IMG/VR virus record: IMGVR_UViG_3300022391_000001
Span: 32,001 to 96,000 of that record
Length of the DNA stretch: 64,000 nucleotides
Origin: a virus
Reading direction: 5' to 3' (one strand)
The notes under the pieces were generated by a model, which saw only the letters and a list, made by a program, of their open reading frames with translations, was not told the origin of the DNA and searched no databases. Both the position numbers and the translations under genes were made by a program. Shown here piece by piece: positions 37,460 to 46,491 of the stretch (position 1 is its first letter; each line of letters begins with the position of its first letter).

Positions 37460-38415
37460 CGGCCATCCTTTCTGGTGCCTGTCCAAGGATCCCTGCCCCA
37501 GAAGCGTTCATATTGCGTCGCACGCTCCATCATCTCCGCCTTCATCGGCACGTCCACGTTGCCCAATGCCAAGGGCAAGGGCTCCGTCGTCCATTCGCGG
37601 TTGAGATGGAGCGGACACGGTGGCAGCTTGTCGTCCCCGGTCAACCGGCGGCGGCATTCTTCTTTGTACACGCATCCCATGAAGTCATCTCCCGACATGC
37701 ACGGCGGTGAGACCATCTCCCGGAATATGGGGTGAATCTTCTCGGCGCACTCGTTGATCATCCCCTCGATGATGGGCCCCCAAATTCCAAGCTGCAAAAT
37801 CCAACATCCCCGCTTGCCCACGATGTGCTGCAGCGCTGAGATGTTCAGCTTCCAGCTGATCCGGTGTTGCGCCCCCAACGGTATCAGCTCCCGAGCATCC
37901 TCCATCGGTATCCCTGCCGCCACCAGCGCGTTGTATCCCGCCTGAATCCGCTCCATTGTCGCCCTGTACAAGTCAATGAGCGTGCTATCCGGATGTTGCT
38001 GAATTGTCAAGGGCAGCCGGTATGCCTCATTGGTGGCAAAGCTCCCCATGTCCTGGATGCGCATCGACTGAGACCACCATGAACTCTTGGCCAAATCAGG
38101 TATCTCATCCATCACTATGTCGGCGCCCACTCGCTCCGGCGAAGGGAGCGTGCCGATCCGATGGCGCACCGCCTGCTCCCGCCAAGATACAGAGACACCC
38201 TCCAGCATGAACACGAGGTCCACGTGCTCGCCGATCGGGATGCGCTGGGCTATCACCGCCCTGAAGAGCTTTTCAATCTCTTCAGGGGCCACGTCCCGCT
38301 TGATCTCCGCCGGAGTCCGAAGCGGCTCCTCAGTCTTGCTGGCCTCCCACACGCTGTACACCAGCTCCAAAGGGTCCCGAGTCCAGGTCAGCAGGGTCAC
38401 TTCCGGTTCATTCAT
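37456..38415 (-). CDS. thyX: divergent FAD-dependent thymidylate synthase (ThyX-like)
   Basis: EH...F.LEGVS...EQAVRHR...SQSMR...GIPMEDARELIP. Confidence 0.8.
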   Translation of the reverse strand: MNEPEVTLLTWTRDPLELVYSVWEASKTEEPLRTPAEIKRDVAPEEIEKLFRAVIAQRIPIGEHVDLVFMLEGVSVSWREQAVRHRIGTLPSPERVGADIVMDEIPDLAKSSWWSQSMRIQDMGSFATNEAYRLPLTIQQHPDSTLIDLYRATMERIQAGYNALVAAGIPMEDARELIPLGAQHRISWKLNISALQHIVGKRGCWILQLGIWGPIIEGMINECAEKIHPIFREMVSPPCMSGDDFMGCVYKEECRRRLTGDDKLPPCPLHLNREWTTEPLPLALGNVDVPMKAEMMERATQYERFWGRDPWTGTRKDGR

Positions 38416-39185
38416 CGCACAATCTCCTTGAATTCTCTCACCACTTTAACAGGCACCTTGTCCTGCACTTCTTCAATCTCCAACGCCCCTTGCGGAGCCC
38501 CCCGCTGAAGCAAGAACATCGATGACATCCGATGCCACGTCACCACCATAAGTGTGCCAAAGTCGTATCGCTCCTTGTATTTCCGAGCCACCACCCGAAA
38601 GTAGTCAGGCCAGTGATCAGGGTGCATCCCGATGGACTTGTGGTATGACGCCCGGTTCTTGGGGAATCGGGACAATCCGAAAATGGCGCTGTCGGTGATC
38701 GTCACCCACTTCTTGGACGCCTTGAAGATGGCGTCAACCGCGTCCATGTAGCGCTTCTCGGTCAGAAATCGGTTGAATGTGAGCTGATTGAAATCGGCGT
38801 GCACCCAATCCCAATACCGTTTGGGTTGTTCACCGATGAAAGCATAAGAGTCTGTGACCCTGGCGTTCACGTCCGGAAGCGATCGCTTGATGGACATCAC
38901 GCAATCCTTCTCGATGTCCAATGCCAGGTGCGCCCTTGGTTTGCACAGCTGCTGGATGATGGAAGCGTGCCAGCCGGAGCCGCCAAACAGTTCCACCACG
39001 CGCCCCACCTTGCCCACCTTCTCGGCCACCTTTTGGAATGCGGCTAGCTCCGCGTGAATCTCATGCCGGCGGATGGCGTAGTGCGAGTGCGGAGCGTCCT
39101 TGCCGATCAGCGCCCGCTCTTCATCGCTCGATGAATCGCACACATACATGCGTTGGCCGCCCAGATCAATCTCGGTGATGTTCAT
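38412..39185 (-). CDS. class-I SAM-dependent methyltransferase-fold protein
   Basis: VVELFGGSGW (motif I), LALDIE, TDSY, WDWVHADF. Confidence 0.7.
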   Translation of the reverse strand: MNITEIDLGGQRMYVCDSSSDEERALIGKDAPHSHYAIRRHEIHAELAAFQKVAEKVGKVGRVVELFGGSGWHASIIQQLCKPRAHLALDIEKDCVMSIKRSLPDVNARVTDSYAFIGEQPKRYWDWVHADFNQLTFNRFLTEKRYMDAVDAIFKASKKWVTITDSAIFGLSRFPKNRASYHKSIGMHPDHWPDYFRVVARKYKERYDFGTLMVVTWHRMSSMFLLQRGAPQGALEIEEVQDKVPVKVVREFKEIVR

Positions 39186-40104
39186 CCCGGTTCCCTTCGA
39201 TGGCTTCGGCGGCGCGTTTGACAATAGCAGGCCAATCAGACACCCGTTGAATCAGCCGCGTATCCTTCAATTCCCTGTTGTATGGCCAATCCAATAACAG
39301 AACAGGCACACCTATGGACGCGACTTCCAGACAATGCTTCACCCGGTCCTCCACAAAGAAGGTTGGGCGCGCTGGAAAGATGTGCTCATAGATCAATTCT
39401 GCCTTGTCTTTCCCGAATAAAATCAAGTCATAGGCCATCCCGTGTTCTCTGAGCCAAAACATCGTATCGGCATACAGGTTCTTGTATTGCGCATATGGCC
39501 GTGCTGTCATCAACACGATCTTGAACCCGAGGTCCCGGATGGCTTGCGTTGCTTCAGAAGCCCCTCTTATGGGCGGCAGCTCCCGGAATTGGCCACCCCT
39601 GTAGAAATCCTCCTTGAGCGATTCAAGCAGAGCGATGGTCCGATCGTTCATTGGGGCTCCGCCCTGGGCACTGTTGAGTTTGTCTTGCCACTCGCTCAAA
39701 TCGGCCAGGCAGTTGTCCACGTCGATGACAACCAAGCGGGTGGAAGTCTCCAGCGCCAAACGCTCCCCTCGGGCTCGATCATCGACCACCGCCGACTTCC
39801 GCATGAACGAGTCATACAGCCCGTCGGAGTCCACCCCGTACAGCTGCGCGATTGCAATCAGATACTTGAGCACATCGGCGGCTTCATCAGCCAAATTGAC
39901 CTGCTCCACGGGTCTGCTCCGGAGCACATGCGCCTTGAAGTGCGTGGCGACCCGCATCAGCTCCGCTGCTTCTTCAAACATCCCCAAGGCCAAGTCCTTG
40001 GACACCCGAGCCCGGTCCATCGGCGACATCGCCGATGGGTCCAGGTTGAACGTCTCTTGCTGTCGCGCTTGGCGCTTGAACATCTCATCCCATCGGTCGG
40101 ACAT
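39166..40104 (-). CDS. dimeric dUTPase/MazG-like domain fused to a HAD 5'-nucleotidase-like domain
   Basis: EEAAEL...DEAADVLKY...K N-domain; VVIDVDNCLAD, MTAR, K, FVED, PYN C-domain. Confidence 0.85.
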   Translation of the reverse strand: MSDRWDEMFKRQARQQETFNLDPSAMSPMDRARVSKDLALGMFEEAAELMRVATHFKAHVLRSRPVEQVNLADEAADVLKYLIAIAQLYGVDSDGLYDSFMRKSAVVDDRARGERLALETSTRLVVIDVDNCLADLSEWQDKLNSAQGGAPMNDRTIALLESLKEDFYRGGQFRELPPIRGASEATQAIRDLGFKIVLMTARPYAQYKNLYADTMFWLREHGMAYDLILFGKDKAELIYEHIFPARPTFFVEDRVKHCLEVASIGVPVLLLDWPYNRELKDTRLIQRVSDWPAIVKRAAEAIEGNRDEHHRD

Positions 40105-41062
40105 CGAACCATCTCTCAGCCAGGTCAATCGCATCCTCCAACACCACATCCATGGTGGAGCGTGAATTCCATGTCGCAAATCGGCCCAGCGGTGCTATGT
40201 TATTTGGCCACTCGGGCTCCACTTCCAACGGCAGCAGATGCCCCTTCAACCCCTCCGTCACTTGATCTATGGCCCACCCATCCTGAAAGATGAAATTGAG
40301 GTCAGAGTGCATCCTCGGGACATCCAACTGGCCGTTGATCTCCACGGAGTAGCCGGAGCCCGACGGCGAGAAACGGTGAACGGCGTCGGCAGGGGTGTAC
40401 GGTGTGTACACATAGTCCCATTGGACGTATCGGTCCCGCAGGGGATGGACCTGGATGACGTTCAGCTTCATCGCAACGCCCTCCGGCACATAGAAGTCAG
40501 CCATCCGACGCACCGCCCACAACGGAATTGTGACCACGCAGTAGTCATAGGGCACTGACACCCCTGATGCGGTCTGCAACGCACCACCCCGGATCCCCGT
40601 CACCGCCGTCTTCATCACCATGAGCCCACCGGCCAATTTCGTGATCACCTCTGGGAAGTGAGCCCGGATGGCCTTGCGGGGCTTGGCTGCCGCCGGATCA
40701 TTCATCGCCGTCGCTGCGGACTCCGCGTCCGCTTCTGTGCGTCGCGTCTTGCGGTAGTGATCGGCTCGTATCCGGGCTGCCTCGGAGCCCGGAAGCGAGT
40801 GCAAATATTTGGGATAGGGATGCACCCCGCCGCGAAGCATGATCCCGCCTGAAATCGCATAGTCGCTGTAGACCACCCCCAATTCATCAAACAGGTTGAT
40901 CATCCCGATGGTGTGGTGAATGTATTTGAGCCCTCCGGCGAGAAATTCCCCGCCCAAGGCGCCCGACTCTATCACCAGAACCTCCGCTTGCAGTCGCCTG
41001 AACACATACGACGCGATCAGTCCAGACATACCACCGCCGATGAGAACCACGCGCGGTTTCAT
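40085..41062 (-). CDS. FAD/NAD(P)-binding oxidoreductase
   Basis: VVLIGGGMSGL...IE...LGG Rossmann, VVTIPL, C-terminal LGRFATW. Confidence 0.85.
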   Translation of the reverse strand: MKPRVVLIGGGMSGLIASYVFRRLQAEVLVIESGALGGEFLAGGLKYIHHTIGMINLFDELGVVYSDYAISGGIMLRGGVHPYPKYLHSLPGSEAARIRADHYRKTRRTEADAESAATAMNDPAAAKPRKAIRAHFPEVITKLAGGLMVMKTAVTGIRGGALQTASGVSVPYDYCVVTIPLWAVRRMADFYVPEGVAMKLNVIQVHPLRDRYVQWDYVYTPYTPADAVHRFSPSGSGYSVEINGQLDVPRMHSDLNFIFQDGWAIDQVTEGLKGHLLPLEVEPEWPNNIAPLGRFATWNSRSTMDVVLEDAIDLAERWFDVRPMG

Positions 41063-41184
41063 TGATTGCCCCAATTATTGTTGGATTAAAAGGCGGGTGA
41101 CGCCGCTGATGGCCGGAAGTCAGCCATGAAAACCCACCATCGCGGCGCCACCCACGCCTCCACCGAGCCCCGGACAAGGAAAGC

Positions 41185-42057
41185 TCATACTGGTGGAGGC
41201 AACCAGTTTAGTCTACCCTCACGGATCATCCGCCCGTAAACCTGCGCCACAAACCTCGCTCCGTCCTTGTCGTGATCTGAGGCACGAGAAGTGAAGAAAC
41301 CATCGACATGCGGGGCCAAGTGGAGCTGTTTGAGTTCAGCTTGAGAAACACCCTTCCACTCCGTCGCTCGGAGCGGTGTCAAGACATCTACCAGCCCAGT
41401 CCGTGGCTTGAAGAGAACCAACGCCAATGGCTGGTCCCGCCCGCTCGATGTTCTCACATAGATTGACATGTATTTGCTCTTCTTGCGCCTATCCGATGTG
41501 TACAGCCGTCCCGGCAAGAGCGCTTGGGAGCCCTTGGGATACTTGTACGGGATCTGCTCCAGCAACGCCGCTCGGAAGTGCTCAAAAATCTTGTAACAGT
41601 CCAACCGGTTGCGGATCGACAACGCCACCAGCGCTTCCGTCGCCGCGCTCTGCGAACAATCGCGTGGCAGCCGCTTGTTCTTGCGTCGCCCCTTCGCGCT
41701 GCGAATCATGTGTTTGCGTGGTGTTACCTTGGACGGATCCCTCTTGGACAATCCGCCCCGGATGCCCCAACGCCGGATGACCTTGTCCAGCTCTTTCATG
41801 AACTCGGTGGCATCCTGCTTGGCGATGGCGTAATGATCCTCCACTCCGTCCACCTCGCACAGCTGGATCTCCACCAAATCGTCCGTGGTCTTCTTGCTTT
41901 CCCTCAAATAGATCTGGAAGGCAGCACAGTGGTTCCGCCACAAACAAGGCTCGCTCTGATCCGGATCTTCGTGCTCCGGTTCCCCGTCACAGGTCTCATC
42001 CCCACGCTCGTATTGCCCCACGCAGGGTGGCATGTATTTGTTGGCATCGTCGCTCAT
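41185..42057 (-). CDS. hypothetical protein (N-terminal Cys cluster)
   Basis: PPCVG...CDG...CLWRNHC; coupled to the sigma gene. Confidence 0.65.
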   Translation of the reverse strand: MSDDANKYMPPCVGQYERGDETCDGEPEHEDPDQSEPCLWRNHCAAFQIYLRESKKTTDDLVEIQLCEVDGVEDHYAIAKQDATEFMKELDKVIRRWGIRGGLSKRDPSKVTPRKHMIRSAKGRRKNKRLPRDCSQSAATEALVALSIRNRLDCYKIFEHFRAALLEQIPYKYPKGSQALLPGRLYTSDRRKKSKYMSIYVRTSSGRDQPLALVLFKPRTGLVDVLTPLRATEWKGVSQAELKQLHLAPHVDGFFTSRASDHDKDGARFVAQVYGRMIREGRLNWLPPPV

Positions 42058-43130
42058 TCTTGCCCCTCCTTGAGCCGCTTCACCAGGTCCCCATACCAAC
42101 CTACAGGCACCTTTTCGCGTGCGCCGTCGGCACCGTAGACCACACCTAACAGCGCGTTGAATTTCCCCTCAAGCACCAATGTGCGGCGGAGCTTCCCCTT
42201 GCCCAAGACCAACACCACGCCCCACTCATAACGCTCGATCATCCGAGACCACTCACCGGCTGCCTGGAAGTGATCCGGCTCCGCCGCGTAGCCCGGAATT
42301 GGCCGAGGGTCCAATCCCCTCCGCTCGATCACCTCTGCCACAAACTCGTGATCGTGATAAGGGGCCTTGCTGATGTGAATCACCGGCCACCCCTTTTCTG
42401 CTACTGCCTCGCCAAACAATTCGCTGAATTCCGAGTCATACTTGGCCATTTTTGTGAACAACAAACGGATTTTGTGCAAGCTCCAATCAACTGTGTTCTT
42501 GGTGACCCCTAAGTAGCGTGCGATGGCGATGCTGGGGACTTCCTTGCTCGCGTCGCCGCCGCTGTTCTTGATCATCTTCAGCAGCTCCACCGACGGATTG
42601 CATCGGGCTGTAAATACCTTCTTGTCCAACCCCGTCAAGGTGTTGAGCAGTCGGAGCTTCATCCGCTTCGCTTGCGCGTCCAACTCCGCCCAGCTACACA
42701 CCACCTCGGGCGATTCATCCGACGCTGCCGGCTCATAGCCCCAACCGTCGCCGTCCCATGCGAGCATGTCATCGAGCGACAACAATGGAAGTGGACGCTT
42801 CACGGCGTTGCCGTCGGCGTCGGTCACGATCACAAAGGGAGTCCGACACTGCGCCAGCTCGTGATACACCAGACCAAGGTAGGCATTGGTCAGGACGCGG
42901 CTGGCATAGGCCACCAAGCCGCCCTTCGCCTTGTTGTAGTCGTATCGCAACAGCGCGCCGAGAAGGGCCAACCGTCCCTCCTGGATGGCGTCGTCCACGC
43001 CGATGGACGGGAGCGAGCGGTGCAACGCCCGGCTCTTATGGAGGATGGCTGGATACACCCTCCGCTCGATGTCGGGGTACATCTCCCGGAGCGCTTCAGG
43101 GCAGCGCCAGCCCTCTGGGAAGGTGGTCAC
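42054..43130 (-). CDS. phage RNA polymerase sigma-70-like factor
   Basis: region 2 DDAIQEGRLALLGALLRYD...LVAYA, LSLD, region 4 IARYLGVTKNTVDWSLHKIR. Confidence 0.8.
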   Translation of the reverse strand: MTTFPEGWRCPEALREMYPDIERRVYPAILHKSRALHRSLPSIGVDDAIQEGRLALLGALLRYDYNKAKGGLVAYASRVLTNAYLGLVYHELAQCRTPFVIVTDADGNAVKRPLPLLSLDDMLAWDGDGWGYEPAASDESPEVVCSWAELDAQAKRMKLRLLNTLTGLDKKVFTARCNPSVELLKMIKNSGGDASKEVPSIAIARYLGVTKNTVDWSLHKIRLLFTKMAKYDSEFSELFGEAVAEKGWPVIHISKAPYHDHEFVAEVIERRGLDPRPIPGYAAEPDHFQAAGEWSRMIERYEWGVVLVLGKGKLRRTLVLEGKFNALLGVVYGADGAREKVPVGWYGDLVKRLKEGQE

Positions 43131-45100
43131 GCTGCCACTCCCTTCTTGCCCTTGAGCAACTGGCTCCGCATCAGCTTGTACACTTCAACGGCCAATGCCT
43201 CAATGTCGTTCACGATGACATGGGTGGCGCCGTGCCGCTCGTTGTAGAAGTCCTGGACGGTCCTGGTCTGTGCGCCGATCCCAATCACCTCGATGCCCGA
43301 GCGTGTGATCTTCTGGATTGCTTCCTTGAGTGCCTTCTCGTTGGTATCTATCGCGACACCGCCGCCTGCCGGTTGGCCGTCAGAGAGCACGAACATGATC
43401 TTGCGTGTCTCGGAGCGCTTCGCCAGCCGCTCCGCGACCATCATCACCGCTTCACAGTCCACGTTGTCTTGGCGGCCCGTGATCGTCGTGAGACGGCTCC
43501 GCACCTTGCGGTAGGACTCGCTGAACGCCTTGAACATGTGGTATTCCATCGGTGCCATGCGGCTGTAGCCGTCCCGCTCGCAGCGGATACTGTCGCGAGT
43601 GCGAGTGTGGAAACCGATGATCTCAAATGGAATGTTCAGCGCGGCGAAAGTCTCACCCAGCGCCACTGCCATCAGCTTCGCCTGGTATGCTTTGGTGGTG
43701 TAGCTGTATCGGCTGTTGCCGTCGCCGTTGCCCATCGAGCCGCTGAGGTCGATGAGGATGCTGATCGCGGTGTCTAGCTTCTCGCCCTGCTCTTCAACCT
43801 GAAACACCGCCCGGTTGCCGGTGCGCACAGAAGCGAGCCTGGAGCTGTCCAACTCGCCGCTCCGCTGATCGCCGATGAGCTTGGATGCCGCCCGAGCCCG
43901 AATGACGGTGGTGAGCTTGCCCTTCAGCCCTCGGATCTGCGCGGCCACCTTCTCTTTGATGACGTTGTACTCCAGGTTGCTGTCGGCACGAGTGTGCGGG
44001 ATAATCTGTGCATCCGCCGCTGCCGCTTGCGGGTGTGCGGAGTATCGGCGATTGCGGCTGCCGTCGGCGCGAGCGGCGTCAATCACTTGCTCCTTGGCCA
44101 GCTCCATGAGGTCGCCGTTGTCGGCGTCCTTGAGCATCGCTTGGCGGCCAGCTTCGGCGGCTGCTTCACGGGCTGCCTCGTCACCTTCGCCACCGCTGTC
44201 CTCGGAAGCCCCTCCGCTGCCCGTCTCTGCGTCTTTGTCCTCGCCCTCATCCTCGCCCTTGGACTCGCCTGAATCCTGGTCTTCTGCGGCATCCTCGTCA
44301 TCCTCGTCACCAGCGGCACTGGACTCGCCGTCTGCCTCGTCACCCTCGTCACCGGCGGAGCCGCTCTGCTCGCCCTGCTCACCCTCGGACTCGCCCTGCT
44401 GACCCTGCTCGCTCTGCGCTTGGTCGGCGTCTTGGCCCTGCTCGCCCTTCTGCTGCGGCTCGCCCTTCTGCTGCTCGGGCTGTTCCAGCTCTTCAGCCTT
44501 GTCGCCGATCTTCTTGATCGCGCTACGGGCCAGCGCCAGACTGTCGGAGCCCCAACGGGACTTCGGGCCAGCGGCGATCTCGTCAGCAACGGCGTCCATG
44601 TAGGGTGTGAACTCGGCAGGCATCCAGCTCGTGTCCAGGCCGTGCGCCGCGAAGATGATGCCGCACCCGAGGGTGTGCCAGAAATTCTTGGAGTGATCGG
44701 ACTTCTGCTGATACTGCCGGACGCTGTTGAGGTTGGCGGCGGCCAAATTCTCCGCCATCCCCGGATACCTGGCGCTGTACTTGTGCTCAATCCGGATGTC
44801 CTCAAACACGTTGAGGAGCATCTTCTCACGATTGGTCCGGCACTTCCGGCAAAGCTGAAGCGGAGTGATCTGCCCGGCGTCGGCGTGATCCCGCTCGTCA
44901 GCTACGTGCGCCGTCTCGTGGTCGAGAAGCCCGTGGAGAACCTTCTGATCGGCGTCCTTGAGGTGGTCGGCGTTGAACGGGTACTTGATCGTGTCGCCGT
45001 CGGTGCAGCACTCATATCCCGAGGGCACTACGTTGACCTGCCAATTGCGGCTCATCGCCCGAGCGATGTTCGTGAAAAGGGAGCTTCGGTCTGTGATCAT
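43127..45100 (-). CDS. CobT-like protein (HExxH domain, acidic linker, VWA)
   Basis: DHETAH, NVFEDIRIE, IDLSGSM, VLSDGQP, IGIG. Confidence 0.88.
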   Translation of the reverse strand: MITDRSSLFTNIARAMSRNWQVNVVPSGYECCTDGDTIKYPFNADHLKDADQKVLHGLLDHETAHVADERDHADAGQITPLQLCRKCRTNREKMLLNVFEDIRIEHKYSARYPGMAENLAAANLNSVRQYQQKSDHSKNFWHTLGCGIIFAAHGLDTSWMPAEFTPYMDAVADEIAAGPKSRWGSDSLALARSAIKKIGDKAEELEQPEQQKGEPQQKGEQGQDADQAQSEQGQQGESEGEQGEQSGSAGDEGDEADGESSAAGDEDDEDAAEDQDSGESKGEDEGEDKDAETGSGGASEDSGGEGDEAAREAAAEAGRQAMLKDADNGDLMELAKEQVIDAARADGSRNRRYSAHPQAAAADAQIIPHTRADSNLEYNVIKEKVAAQIRGLKGKLTTVIRARAASKLIGDQRSGELDSSRLASVRTGNRAVFQVEEQGEKLDTAISILIDLSGSMGNGDGNSRYSYTTKAYQAKLMAVALGETFAALNIPFEIIGFHTRTRDSIRCERDGYSRMAPMEYHMFKAFSESYRKVRSRLTTITGRQDNVDCEAVMMVAERLAKRSETRKIMFVLSDGQPAGGGVAIDTNEKALKEAIQKITRSGIEVIGIGAQTRTVQDFYNERHGATHVIVNDIEALAVEVYKLMRSQLLKGKKGVAA

Positions 45101-45135
45101 GGCTGACTTCCTTGCTTGTCCTTGTCCTATTCCCT

Positions 45136-45164
45136 AGCATAATTGATGCGTGTTCAGAAGTCGA
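45136..45164 (-). promoter_or_regulatory. conserved phage promoter TCGACT-N17-TATGCT
   Basis: GTCGACTTCTGAACACGCATCAATTATGCTAGG. Confidence 0.7.
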
Positions 45165-45202
45165 CCCCAAATTAAGGCAAAATCGACCTTGGGGGCCAAC
45201 TA

Positions 45203-46378
45203 TCATGCAACATCGCCACCGAAATAGCGCTGAATCAGGTTATCCACGAATTTGGCGTCATCAGCTGACAGCTTGTTGACGACGGTGATCTGCGCGGCGC
45301 GGCGGGCATCGCGCATCCGGACTGCCTTGCTAGCCCACGCGATCAGCCGGCGAGTGCTGAAGGTGCAGTAGCACATCTCGTTGGCAAGGGCTTCTCGGAC
45401 CTTGGATGCGATGGTGACCATCTTCTCTGCGATGGCCCGATTCACGCGGGTGCGATTCATCAGGATCTCAACCTCTGTCTCCTTGGCGGGATAGTTTGCC
45501 TTGATGACCACGCCGAAGCGGTCCAGGGTTGCCTCGTTGATCACGTTGGTGCCGGCGTACAACCCGGTGTCGTCGCCGCGCCCGTTGGTGTTGTCGGTCG
45601 CCATGAAGCGGAAACTGGCGTGAGGCACGACCACTTCGCCGCCGTTGTCGGTGAGCACGAGCGGCTTGCCTTCCAGGACGGCTTGGAGCTTCATGAGGAT
45701 GCCGGCCGGAGCGGCGGTGATCTCGTCAAGCAGGAGCCACCAGCCGTTGCGCATCGCTTGGGGCAGGAGCCCGTCGCGCCAAACGGTCGTGCCGTCGGCG
45801 GCGATCTCGTGGAAGCCCACAAACTCGGCAGTGGTAAAGCGCTGGTTGAGCTGGACTCGGACGCAAGGCTGGTTGAGCATCGCTGCCAGCTCTTCAACGA
45901 GCGTGGACTTGCCGCAGCCGGTTGGACCGTAGATGAACGCGGGGCTGTTCTCTTCAACGGCCAACCCCAACTCCTCCAACATCTGCTCCTCAGTCTTGCC
46001 GACCATCCAGTTGGGATTGTGCTTCGGCACGTACACGCCGTCATCGGCTCCGAGGTCCCGGCGGATCTTGAGCTGGACGCAACCGAAGTGGAGGGTGTCG
46101 GGCGAAGCGACGGGCTTGGCTTCCTCAATCGGGTATCCCGTCGGCGACGTCACCGGCTTGGGCGCGGTGACCTTGTTCTGACCGGATTTGGCGCGGTGAC
46201 GCGCCGTCGCGCTGATTGTCGGAGCCCCGGGGAAGCGCTCGTTGTACTCTGCGACGTTGGTCTTGTGCGCGAAACCGAGGTGCGCGTCTAGGCGGTGATA
46301 CCAACACTCGCACAACTTACATTGGATCTTCTCGGAGCCGTCTTTGTCGAAGCGCTCGTGCTTAGCGTCCTTGGCCAT
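45203..46378 (-). CDS. CobS/MoxR-like AAA+ ATPase with N-terminal zinc finger
   Basis: GPTGCGKS, LLDE, ATDNT.G.GD, LDRF, FSTRRL; CKLC...H...H. Confidence 0.9.
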   Translation of the reverse strand: MAKDAKHERFDKDGSEKIQCKLCECWYHRLDAHLGFAHKTNVAEYNERFPGAPTISATARHRAKSGQNKVTAPKPVTSPTGYPIEEAKPVASPDTLHFGCVQLKIRRDLGADDGVYVPKHNPNWMVGKTEEQMLEELGLAVEENSPAFIYGPTGCGKSTLVEELAAMLNQPCVRVQLNQRFTTAEFVGFHEIAADGTTVWRDGLLPQAMRNGWWLLLDEITAAPAGILMKLQAVLEGKPLVLTDNGGEVVVPHASFRFMATDNTNGRGDDTGLYAGTNVINEATLDRFGVVIKANYPAKETEVEILMNRTRVNRAIAEKMVTIASKVREALANEMCYCTFSTRRLIAWASKAVRMRDARRAAQITVVNKLSADDAKFVDNLIQRYFGGDVA

Positions 46379-46438
46379 GGCTGACTTCCTTGTGCTAACT
46401 GTCTTGTTTTGTCCGGTTGCTCTTGTCCGTTATCTGAT

Positions 46439-46467
46439 AGCATAATTCCATCCATCGCAAAAGTCGA
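46439..46467 (-). promoter_or_regulatory. conserved phage promoter TCGACT-N17-TATGCT
   Basis: CCACTCGACTTTTGCGATGGATGGAATTATGCTATC. Confidence 0.75.
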
Positions 46468-46491
46468 GTGGATATTGACCAGAAAATTGCC

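Noticed and set aside
36200-37735. Long plus-strand ORFs (also 15055-16041, 20615-21691, 26026-27108, 31162-32124, 53648-54577)
   Set aside because: These are antisense shadows of well-supported GC-rich minus-strand genes, with no recognisable motifs.
43127-46378. Cobalamin biosynthesis auxiliary genes
   Set aside because: No cobN or other cob genes are present, and AAA-VWA pairs of this type are common in phages.
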